Assembly: GCA_964016885.1 (NCBI GenBank)
Contig: OZ024745.1
Span: 14,074,001-14,138,000 of the forward strand
Length of the DNA: 64,000 nucleotides
Direction: 5' to 3'
Source of the DNA: Eledone cirrhosa
Taxonomy: Eukaryota
This document shows positions 49,274 through 59,385 of this stretch, in pieces. The notes below the pieces were generated by a model. The model did no database searches. It had not been told where the DNA came from and worked only from the letters and a program-made list of their open reading frames with translations. Position numbers and translations under genes: made by a program. Positions within the stretch are counted from its first letter, which is position 1, and the number at the start of each line of letters is the position of its first letter.

Positions 49274-49504
49274 ATATCTATCTATCTGATGGACACATGT
49301 GCTGAGCTCGCTCGGTAAGTTTTTGTTTAAATTCATACGGAAACTGTAAACTGTAAACTTTCATTTTTGTACCATTTTGTAGAGGGACTGCCAGGTCAAA
49401 TTTTGATCTGGTCGGTCTCTCAAAATATTCTGCGCCTTTGGGCGAAATAGTATTGTGAACATTTTATCTTTCGAAAAACTTCGAAAAACCCTATTTTGAG
49501 AAAA

Positions 49505-49681
49505 ATGGCTGAAGCATCTTCACGATCAATCAAAGAAGGAAAGGGGAAGTCATACTCACAGCTTCCCCCTGCCACTGTCACAGCAGCAGATGCCAAAGGC
49601 AGAGGTCAGAGAGAGGAAGAATTGTCTTCACCTGTTGACCGACCACTAGATGTAGCCACAACTACACAAGAATTTGAAAAC

Positions 49682-49712
<31 letters not shown>

Positions 49713-51359
49713 GCAACAATAAAGACAACAAAAACAACAACAACACAAACGTCACAAGTATCCACACACCAAACGAGAAAGACAACAACAACAACAAAGA
49801 TGAAAACAACTCAAACGACGAGAAACAAAACAATACTAAAATCCAAAGCGAAAACAAAATATCTTTTGCACAAACGGCTAAATTATCAGTCGCGTATGTG
49901 CTTGAAGACATTTCAAAAGCAAAAGAAATGCTGGAAAAAGCCAAGAAATATGTGTCTTTTGGCGAAAACGGTTCGTTTTCTATACATTCACCTCCAGAAC
50001 TAAAAAAACAGACGGAATTACGAACTGTCGTATTCCGAACAATTTTAAATAAAACAAAAAAACCAGCGCAACCATCTCAAGCCGAAATTCAGTTAGTCTT
50101 GAAAGACGCGATGAGAGATATCACTTTTATACAAAAGGATAAACTCTATGGGAGTTTATCCATATTGATGAAAGACGAATTGGCGGCGAAAAAATACTCT
50201 GTGTCGCCAATTCGGTCCACACACTACACCTTCTTCCCCACCTACATGGGTAAAAAAACCCAGAGGATATGGATAACCACCATCACCCCAAACATAAACT
50301 ACTGGTGGTTACTAACCGGCTTCCTCAATTTAGACGAGGACAACCTCATTTCAATAGGGAAGGCATCCGGCGACGCGTTCAGTGGAACGAGCATCGAAGT
50401 TCTGACCCAAATAAGGCCAGAACGCATCGCCCAAATCCCTGAGCGCGTCATGCTGGATGACCGTACCCACCTCAACATTATTGTGGAGGGTAGGCGTCCC
50501 TCCTGTTACCTCTGTGGCAATAGAGGTCACCTGAGGGCTGCCTGTCCCCAGCTCACACAGAAAAAAACACTGCTACCAACACCAACACCACCCCAACAAC
50601 AACAACAAAAACAACCACAACAACAACAACAACAACAAAAACCAACAACCCCACCACCACCACCACCACCACAACAACAACAACAACAACAAACACGTGA
50701 AAAAATAACACGGAATACCGTCCCACCCAATCCCTCCCCACCCAAAACAAATACAAAAACACACACACCGCAAACACTACCAGAAAACATACCCCTCCCA
50801 CCCAACAAGGAAGACGAAAAAGATCCCTTCCAACAAGTAAAAAGAAAGAAGAGGAGACGCACCACAGACACACATGTTAACTTTAACCCCCCCCCCCAAG
50901 AGAACACAAACTACACACAAACCACCCCTCCCTGTCACACAACACTATCTGCTACACAAAAAAAGACCTTACAATATACATACATGAACACAGACAACAA
51001 AGAATTACGGAAAACAATTTCAGCAAACCCTTCGGTCCAAACCGAAGGGCCTAACTTTAAAACTGTTGTGGGACTACCTCATTTAAAAATGATAAAAGTC
51101 CCAATGCACTTGTACAAAACACTGAAAATAAATTTCACGGAGGACGTGCCCCCCCCCCCCCCCCTGCGCCAAACCAATCAACCGCGTCCTCCTAAAAAAT
51201 TTCACCCCCCCCCACCCAGACACCCACTCAACCACAAACACCCCAACCCCACAACACACCGATGCCCCTTCACTTCCACAAACCACCACCCCACCCAACA
51301 ACCCATCCCCAACCAGCATGGAAATTGAGCGGCCCGTTTCCCGGGACGCAGAGAGGTAA
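49505..51359 (+). CDS. ORF1 of copy 3 (frame slip at poly-C ~51150)
   Basis: MAEASS start, CYLCGNRGHLRAAC knuckle; homologous end MEIERPVSRDAER* lies in another frame. Confidence 0.85.
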
Positions 51360-51383
51360 GTGCCTTTTCTCCTTACCACCAAC

Positions 51384-54300
51384 ATGGCTGTGCTAAGAGT
51401 AGGGTGTCTAAATGCGCGTGGCCTGGGCTCGTCTTGGAAGCAAGCAATGCTTCTAAATGACCTCAGGTCACAATCTATAAATGTGATGGTTATCTGCGAG
51501 GCCCGGATCAGCAGCATGCGACAGCTAGCCCCCACCTTTGACGACTTTGAGATGCACGCATCTCTCTGTCAGCCCGGAGGTGGGGGTGGGGTTGTCGTTC
51601 TGCTGCAAAAACATATGGGCCTTGCAACACAGATAGTTCACTTGGACCCAGGGGGTCGACTGGTGGTGCTGGACCTTGGCAGTGGTGAAGGTAGAGCCTT
51701 TAGGCTGGTAGCCGCATATGCCCCTTCTGGGACTGAGCGGCCCGACTTTTTCCAGCGTCTGGAGTCTTTTCTAGGGACGTCCCGTTCCCTGCTTTTAGTG
51801 GGGGATTGGAATGGTATCCTGGATGCACGTTGGGACTATGCAGGGGCATGTCCCGATAGAGAGGGGTGCAACAGCCTCAAGGGGTTACTCGGCCGATTTG
51901 ACCTGGCCGATAGATTTCGACTAGATTTTCCGACGGTGCCAACCTGGTCTTGGTCAAATCGCAGCGGATCATCTAGGTCGTACCTAGATAGATTTTTAGT
52001 TAGAAATAAGGACAGGGACTTTTTAAGTTGTCCAGAAATGCCCATGGTTGGCTATTCAGACCACAAGTTGGTGACCTGCATGGTCAACCTTGATAGAACG
52101 CATAGACAGGGCCCCGCTTACTGGAAGCTCAATTTGTCCTTGCCGGCAAGTAGAGCCTACAGGGATCGGATTAGTACGTTAGTTAAGGAACGGTTGACTG
52201 GAGCGATCGTCAACAGCAGGTGGTGGGTATCTCTAAAGAGAGAGATTAGAGTAGTCTCGATAGAATTTAGTAAGGTTCTAGCTGCGGATAGGAATAGGAA
52301 GGAAAGGGAGCTAATAGATAGAGTAGAAGAGGCAATTAGAAGCGGCGACGTGGCCAGAGTGCTAGCGTCGAGATCGGCTTTGAGCCAGTTTTTCGACGCG
52401 AAGCACGAAGGCTGCGTTGTCCGAAGTAAAATACGTGCTCTAGGGAACGAGGGGACCAAAGCTGTTAGCTGGGCCCGCGTGACAGAGGCCAACAGTGGAA
52501 CTAAATCCACCATCCGGTCTTTGCGAGACCTGGATGGACGGGCGATTCTTGAGCCTAAGCAGATGTGTGAGGCCTTTCAAAGGCACTTTGCCCGACTGTT
52601 CGGGAGGGGCGGGGAGCCGGTTGGGAACGTGGACTTCGGTCCATACCTCGACGGCCTGCCGCGCCTCTCGGACAGGGAGGCGAAGTCCTGCGAGGAGCCG
52701 ATTTCGGCCGCTGAGATAGAGGACGTGCTGAGCCAATGCGGCAAACGCAAATCCCCGGGTCTCGATGGTCTTCCTTACGAATTATATCTAGCTATGCCGG
52801 ACTTGTTCCCCGATCTCCTCGAGGCGGTCTACTGCAACTGGCAACAGAACGGGAGAATTCCCTGTACTGTGACCAAGGGCGTAGTCACGCTAGTGAGGAA
52901 GGACGAGAACAAGGGGGACGAAATAAGTAACTTCAGGCCCATAACTCTGCTAAATACAGAGTTTCAGATTTTGGCCAAGGTGCTAGCAAAGAGGTTGGCG
53001 CTTGTCGTGGGCAACCTGATGGGAGATGCGCAGACATGTGCTATCCCGTTCAGGTCCATCCACGATAACCTCCACCTCATGCGATACATCATAGAGAGGG
53101 TTGGGAACGAACCCGGCTTTGGTGGGGCCCTGATCAACTTGGATCAATCTAAGGCATTCGATAGGGTCGACCATGGTTACCTGGATGCGGTGCTAGCGGC
53201 GGAAGGCTTCGGACCCGTTTTCAGGGGCTGGATCAATGCCATGCACAGCAGCCACATCTGCTCTAGGGTCAAGGTGAACGGCTACCTCTCGGAGCCGTTC
53301 AAAATCGCGCGGTCCATCCGACAAGGGTGCCCTCTCTCCTCCCTTCTGTATGTGTTGACTCTCGAGCCACTACTGCGGAAGTTGGAGTTGTTGCAGGGCA
53401 TCCCTTTGGAACCGGGATTGCGGAAAGCGGTGTCGGCCTACGCCGATGACGTGACAGTAATGGTGTCGACGGCCTCCGAAATCGAGGCGGTCGGCACCTT
53501 ACTGGAAGAGTACGAAAGGTTCACAGGGGCTAAGCTGAACCGGGACAAGTCGATCGGTTTGCAACTCGGCACGTGGAGGAGCAGACCGATGCCCTCCGAT
53601 GGCGTCGTCGGACGCTGGACGGAGGGCCCGGTGAAGTTGCTCGGGGTCTGGCTCGGACCAGACCTCCAGGTGGAGAAAAACTGGGCGAAGGTTACGAACA
53701 GGGTGTTTGCACTGACCCAGAAGTGGGCCAGTTGCAAACTATCCCTGAAAGGTCGGGCGGAGGTGGCGAACACCTACATAGCGTCCGTCATCTACTACCG
53801 CCTGACCGTAGTGCCCTGCCCAAGGGAAACCCTCACCAAGATGGAGCGCGCACTCTTCCAATTCCTTTGGAAGAGACGGGCTCCTATGGTGAGGAGATCC
53901 ATCTGCTGTCAACACCCTTTGAAAGGAGGGCTGGGGATGCCGTGGCTAATGATGCGTAAACACGCATTAAGGCTACGGCACCTCTACGTATTCCTCACCG
54001 GTCAACCGGTGTGGGCCTCGTTTGTGAGACGAACCTTTCCCAGACTCGTCTCACTCACCGAGCTGCAATCCTGGGTCAAGCAAAGACCGAGAAAACTGGG
54101 CGCCTGGCACACTGAGTGTGCCCAGGCGCTCACCGCCCTCTGGCAGGCGGATCCGGTTATCAGTGGAGACTCCACCGCAACATTCTATAGAGGGCTGGTA
54201 CGCAGCAGGTGCGACGACGCCCTCGGAGAAGCCCTAGACATGGAGGAGGACGAACTGGCCAGCCTGTTCGGTAGGACATTCAGCCCGGGACCTATGGACA

Positions 54301-54821
54301 ACTTCCAGAAGTCCCTGGCCTGGCAGTGCTACCGAGGGGCTTTACCCGTTCGAGAAAGGCTCTACAGACACGGGCGCCCGGGTAGGGACCCCGCCAAAAA
54401 GATCTGTCTCAGATGCGTGTGCGACGAGGAAACCGTTGCACACGCATTGGTACACTGCTCGGGCATTGCCGATCTGTGGGGCTATGTCGAACAACTGCTG
54501 TCAAGGGTGGGACCGATCCGGTTGACCACCGAGTCTATTGTAATGATCAAGCCGCCTCCCCCCTTCGAAGATGAAGCAGAGGCGGTGTTTCTGTGCGTAA
54601 TAGCCATGGCGAAAGAGGTTGTATGGTGGACGCGTCTGAAAGGACTGAGGTCAGGCACCTTTCTCTCTGGCCAACAACTGGTCCGTTTCTTCCGATATCA
54701 TTTCGGAAGAAGGATCAGGATGGAGAGAGAGGTGCTCCACCCCAGTCGTTTTTATGAAAGGTGGGTGAAAGTGGCGAGAATGGCCCGTGTGAATGGGCCT
54801 TCTCTTTACATAAGCCTGTAG
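51384..54821 (+). CDS. Intact ORF2 (APE endonuclease, RT, zinc finger)
   Basis: Uninterrupted ~1145 aa with the catalytic motifs including YADD. Confidence 0.95.
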   Translation: MAVLRVGCLNARGLGSSWKQAMLLNDLRSQSINVMVICEARISSMRQLAPTFDDFEMHASLCQPGGGGGVVVLLQKHMGLATQIVHLDPGGRLVVLDLGSGEGRAFRLVAAYAPSGTERPDFFQRLESFLGTSRSLLLVGDWNGILDARWDYAGACPDREGCNSLKGLLGRFDLADRFRLDFPTVPTWSWSNRSGSSRSYLDRFLVRNKDRDFLSCPEMPMVGYSDHKLVTCMVNLDRTHRQGPAYWKLNLSLPASRAYRDRISTLVKERLTGAIVNSRWWVSLKREIRVVSIEFSKVLAADRNRKERELIDRVEEAIRSGDVARVLASRSALSQFFDAKHEGCVVRSKIRALGNEGTKAVSWARVTEANSGTKSTIRSLRDLDGRAILEPKQMCEAFQRHFARLFGRGGEPVGNVDFGPYLDGLPRLSDREAKSCEEPISAAEIEDVLSQCGKRKSPGLDGLPYELYLAMPDLFPDLLEAVYCNWQQNGRIPCTVTKGVVTLVRKDENKGDEISNFRPITLLNTEFQILAKVLAKRLALVVGNLMGDAQTCAIPFRSIHDNLHLMRYIIERVGNEPGFGGALINLDQSKAFDRVDHGYLDAVLAAEGFGPVFRGWINAMHSSHICSRVKVNGYLSEPFKIARSIRQGCPLSSLLYVLTLEPLLRKLELLQGIPLEPGLRKAVSAYADDVTVMVSTASEIEAVGTLLEEYERFTGAKLNRDKSIGLQLGTWRSRPMPSDGVVGRWTEGPVKLLGVWLGPDLQVEKNWAKVTNRVFALTQKWASCKLSLKGRAEVANTYIASVIYYRLTVVPCPRETLTKMERALFQFLWKRRAPMVRRSICCQHPLKGGLGMPWLMMRKHALRLRHLYVFLTGQPVWASFVRRTFPRLVSLTELQSWVKQRPRKLGAWHTECAQALTALWQADPVISGDSTATFYRGLVRSRCDDALGEALDMEEDELASLFGRTFSPGPMDNFQKSLAWQCYRGALPVRERLYRHGRPGRDPAKKICLRCVCDEETVAHALVHCSGIADLWGYVEQLLSRVGPIRLTTESIVMIKPPPPFEDEAEAVFLCVIAMAKEVVWWTRLKGLRSGTFLSGQQLVRFFRYHFGRRIRMEREVLHPSRFYERWVKVARMARVNGPSLYISL

Positions 54822-55099
54822 GTGGAAAGGAGGAAGGAACGAGGGAGCACCCCCTCTCTGTGCTCCTGAGGAAAAAGGTTGCACACTTTTTTCGGGGGTG
54901 TGTGCGACCCCCCAAGGCGCCTTCTCTCTATTGAGGATTTTGTTATAAATTTTATTTTTTGTTATATTTTGTTTTATTTTTATATTTTGTTATTGCCTCC
55001 TCCTTATTGAGGACGCCTTTTTGTGTAAACTTCCCCCTTTGTACTTGTCCCACTTTTGATGCCCTGGTGGCAAATAAAAGAAACATATCTATCTATACA

Positions 55100-55175
55100 C
55101 GTTTTTATTGTATGTAAACTTCCCCCTTTGTATTTGTCCCCTTCTTTTGTGCCCCTGTGGCTAATAAAGAAACAT
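55100..55175 (+). mobile_element. Very short Tx1-like 3' tail (unit D)
   Basis: TGTAAACTTCCCCC...GTGGCTAATAAAGAAACATATCTATCT. Confidence 0.8.
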
Positions 55176-56988
55176 ATCTATCTAGTATTTTGTTTAATCT
55201 CAGGAAGATACTTGCCTTCAGTATGAACATGAACACGAATCGTTTGATTTTAAAGTGTACATTTTATTTTGTATTAATTAAAGTTTTAAGTAATTATCTC
55301 CAGCAACATATTCTATCAAACCTAATTTCACGTACAATAGTTGATTCTTTACTTAATGTAGTTATAGCAGTTTGGGATTTCGTTGCAATCGCCACCGCCA
55401 TCATACAGAGAAAACTAGGCGAATTGATAGTCATACCCGATAGCTATTTTAATATAATGGATTTGCGTTAATTATCAACACATATGTTTTTTGGCAAAAT
55501 CTCTTATTTTCTCCCTCTTCTTAAAAGTTAATTGCATACTTTTAACTATGAAATCTACGTAATAAAGTGTTAAGACAGTAGAAATACTGCCCCAGGAAAT
55601 ATTATAATTCATGCCTCTATTTTAACAATTAATAGCAAGTCTTCCTACAAACCCTCTTATGTGATATAGAAAACCTAATTGAAGAAATATTTTATTTTGT
55701 ATACTAAAACAATTTAGTTTTGATTTTGTAAAAATATGTCAATTTTAATATTTTTTGTTCGATTGTAAAAACCAAAACGGATTGCAGTATTGTTTTAACA
55801 ACTTTCCTCCATTAAGGTGGTAACTTGGCAGTTACTAGGGCGTCAGGTAGAAAGCTCTATGTTATTCATTCCAGCTCTCTGCGTTCTGTGGAGGCCTAGT
55901 GGTAAAGATGGATTACGATCATAATGTCGTGGGTTCGATTCCTGAACCGGGTTGTGTGTTGTGTTCTTGAGCAAGACGCTTCATTTTACGTTGCTCCAGT
56001 ATGCTCAACTGTAAATAAGATCCAGCTCTAGCTGGAGGTTTAACCTTGCAATGGACTGGCGTCCTGTCCAGGGGTGAGTTTTGTACTCTCAGTCGCTTCA
56101 CACGACAGAAACCGGGATAGGCACTTGCCTTATGAGCCTCCGGGCTCGAGTCAGACTCTCTGCACTCTTAGTTCAAATCCCACCGCAGACAACTCTTCTT
56201 TTTATCCTTTCGAAGTCGATAAATAAAATATCAGTCCATTCTTTGTTTCTCTAAAGAAATTCTCTGCAGTCAAACTTGGAGAGAGAGGTGGGTGTCGCCA
56301 GGTTTAACACATCTCCTACGACACAATTCTTCTTACTTTTTCTATTTGGTTTCCAACCCAAAACGATTTTCAATGTAGCTCTCAATAATCTATTTTGTTC
56401 TTCCATTTGAAATGTCTTCCCCTTCTTAAGATATTTCACGACTTTAGAATATTTTTCTTTTTATTTATTTTGTATTTATCTGTTACAAGAAAAATAATAT
56501 ATATATGAGATTTTTTCGATGCGTTTACAACACTTTAAATATTTCGAGGTGAAAACACAATATAAATGTATTCGTCCCAGCATTCGATAGATACATATAT
56601 AAATAAATAAACATTGCTTATGGTGGTCAATAACTAAAGAAAATATCTCAATAGTTGCTCTTTCACCTAAGATTGGACTCAATTGATTACGTATTAAATT
56701 TTAATTCAGTCCTCTTTAATCCGACTAACCAGCCGCGAACGTATTTAATTCATTGAATATCGAGGAAATTCTATAGATTAATCATCTACAGAGTCACTGG
56801 GATTTATTTCAGACTCAGTGGTATTTCTTTAGAAATTTATAGTTTGTGATATAGGAATAAAATTGTTGTATTATAAACACCTAAATCATAGTTAGGCAGC
56901 GAAGTTAGGCGACCATACATACACATCCTACTTAAAACTGCGGCTATTACTGAAATGTATTTGAAATTGAAGTGTGCCATACCTTTGG

Positions 56989-57357
56989 AAATAGGTTTAT
57001 TTACAATAGTTTATAACTTTGCCTATTAATCCGTATGGTGAGCAAATGGGGTCCCACGTGCTGGCGTCCCCACAACCCCGGCCGAACAGGATGGAGAAGG
57101 CGTTTCCCCGGAGGATGGTAAGGGAGATACGCTGGAAGAGCCATTCCATCGAGCTCACACCTGAGGCTGGCTAGCTCAGCACCTATGGTGGTGAGAGTTG
57201 GAATGGCTCTTCCAGCGCATCTCCCTTACCATCCTTCGGGGACACGCCTTCTCCATTCTGTCCGCCGGGGCTGTGGGGAGGCGAGTACGTGGGACCCCAT
57301 TTCCTCACCATACGGATTAATAGGCAAAGTTATAAACTATTGTAAATAAACCTATTT
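56989..57357. repeat. ~370-bp foldback with perfect outer arms and imperfect GC-rich inner arms
   Basis: AAATAGGTTTATTTACAATAG...GAGCCATTCCA mirrored by TGGAATGGCTC...AAATAAACCTATTT. Confidence 0.92.
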
Positions 57358-57872
57358 AAATCCTTTGGAAATAAAAGAAATCAAAATTTTAAGTTTAATC
57401 AACATTTATACATAATTATATTTATTTAGCGTTTGTTATATAACTTCTTCTGCGGCGAACATCAGATAGAATACCTTGTGGTATTGGTTTTGGCTCTCTG
57501 CTTTCTCAATACAAATCCCACCGAGGTTAACTTTGCCTTTCATCTATTCGAGATCGATAAAAAAGTACCAGTCAAGTATTGGGGTAGATTCTTCCTTTAT
57601 ATTTCTTCCTCACTTCATTTCTCTCACTCTCTACCCACCTCTGGAAGAAATCTGTATTCAGACCTGGAGAGAAGATGGGTTCTGCTGGGGTTTAAAAACG
57701 CCCTAGAAACGCGGTATGTCAATATGGCGCCCCTAAGATTCCATCAGGAGTTACGAGTGCTTACGACACATAACTTCTTCAGTATACTATATTGAGTTTT
57801 GGTGATTTTCTGCAGATATCATCTAACTTATTTTTGTTTATATTCACATTCCTTCTTTGTTTTACTCTAGAT

Positions 57873-57978
<106 letters not shown>

Positions 57979-58013
57979 ATATAATATAAAACGAAAAATC
58001 AGTGATGCATCTG

Positions 58014-58270
58014 GACTCAGTTTATTGTGTGTTACAATTGTTTCGCCGGCAGATAGCTCGAGACACGATCATTGTATGGATCTGTCTGATTCTAGATCTG
58101 CAGGTTCTTCGGACACATGCAATACTTTCGGAACAAAGTGAGAACATTTGTTCCGAAAGTATTGCATGTGTCCGAAGAACCTGCAGATCTAGAATCAGAC
58201 AGATCCATACAATTATCGTGTCTCGAGCTATCTGCCGGCGAAACAATTGTAACACACAATAAACTGAGTC
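58014..58270. repeat. Near-perfect palindrome (~125-bp arms) carrying a hammerhead-like motif on each strand
   Basis: GACTCAGTTTATTG...GGAACAAA / TTTGTTCC...CAATAAACTGAGTC; motif at 58167-58256. Confidence 0.92.
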
Positions 58271-58357
58271 ACGTTTTATATTATATCACACTCTGCTCTG
58301 TAAGAACATAGAGTGCTCAACTGGCATACCGCCTATGGAAGCATCATAGCTACTATT

Positions 58358-58439
<82 letters not shown>

Positions 58440-58478
58440 TAATCTATAACTATAAAATGAAATTTTGGCTTAAGTTTA

Positions 58479-58559
<81 letters not shown>

Positions 58560-58561
<2 letters not shown>

Positions 58562-58755
58562 GACGTGTGGCTGAGTGGTTAGAAAATTGGATTCAGAGTT
58601 GTGAGTTCGATTCCTGGACCGGGCGATGCGTTATGTCCTTGAGCAAGACACTTTATTTCACGTTGCTCCTTCTACCTGGAGTTGCGACCGATAGATAGTA
58701 CTAGCAACTGGAAAGACCGACGGAAACATTGTTTCCTCGGTCCGATTTGGCGAAA
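58560..58755 (+). mobile_element. tRNA-derived SINE
   Basis: GTGGCTGAGTGG A-box, GTTCGATTCC B-box; reverse complement of the 8800-9025 family. Confidence 0.78.
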
Positions 58756-58957
58756 GTCGATCAATCCTTAAAAAAATATATTAAAAAAAAGGAAAAGAAT
58801 GTCTCCACTTGAAGTTCTAAACAATTTGATTTAATTTTATAATATTATGAGTTGCTCGATCTAGTTTTGTAGATCTAGTTGGTTGATCTAGTTGGTAGAT
58901 CTTTTTAAAATATACCTAACCGTACCAATGATATCACCTGTCTTATTTCTCATTCTT

Positions 58958-58995
58958 TCTTCTGATGAAGGACTAGCGTCCGAAACACGTTAAGA
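58958..58995 (+). ncRNA. Minimal type I hammerhead ribozyme
   Basis: UCUU CUGAUGA A GGAC UAGC GUCC GAAAC AC GUU AAGA. Confidence 0.82.
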
Positions 58996-59103
58996 CCCTC
59001 TTCCTGCTATATCAAGCGTTAACCTAATATGTCCCTTCCATATACTGTACCGATTGTGTTATTTCTGTTTACCTTTTACATACATATGTATACATATATA
59101 TAG

Positions 59104-59385
59104 AAGTGGTTACACAAAAGTTAGTTCACCATACCGAGAACAATTGTTTCCCCTTAGCGGATCCTCAGCTAGTAATAATTTACGAGCTGAGGATCCGCTA
59201 AGGTGAAACAATTGTTCTCGGTATGGTGAACTAACTTTTGTATAACCACTTTTACCTAACTCGTCCCATGGACTGAGTGCTCTACCACTACGGATATTAC
59301 CTTCCAGTCTTCTACCACTATATATATATATATAAGTATATATATAGGCATACTGGTAACATGAGCCTCCCAAAGTACAACAATA
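59104..59385 (+). mobile_element. PLE pLTR remnant: inverted duplication (59104-59251) with hammerhead 59183-59220, ending in an ORF start
   Basis: CGAG CUGAGGA...GAAAC AAUU GUU CUCG; ends AACATGAGCCTCCCAAAGTACAACAATAT, similar to 13964-13992. Confidence 0.75.

Larger units (their letters stand above)
49288..55086 (+). mobile_element. Full-length Tx1-like copy 3
   Basis: GATGGACAC start, ORF1, intact ORF2, 3' UTR, short TATCTATCT flanks. Confidence 0.94.

Noticed and set aside
38338-54915. Many short antisense and alternate-frame ORFs recurring in the LINE ORF2 copies
   Set aside because: Recurrence is explained by high nucleotide identity between copies and GC-rich codons
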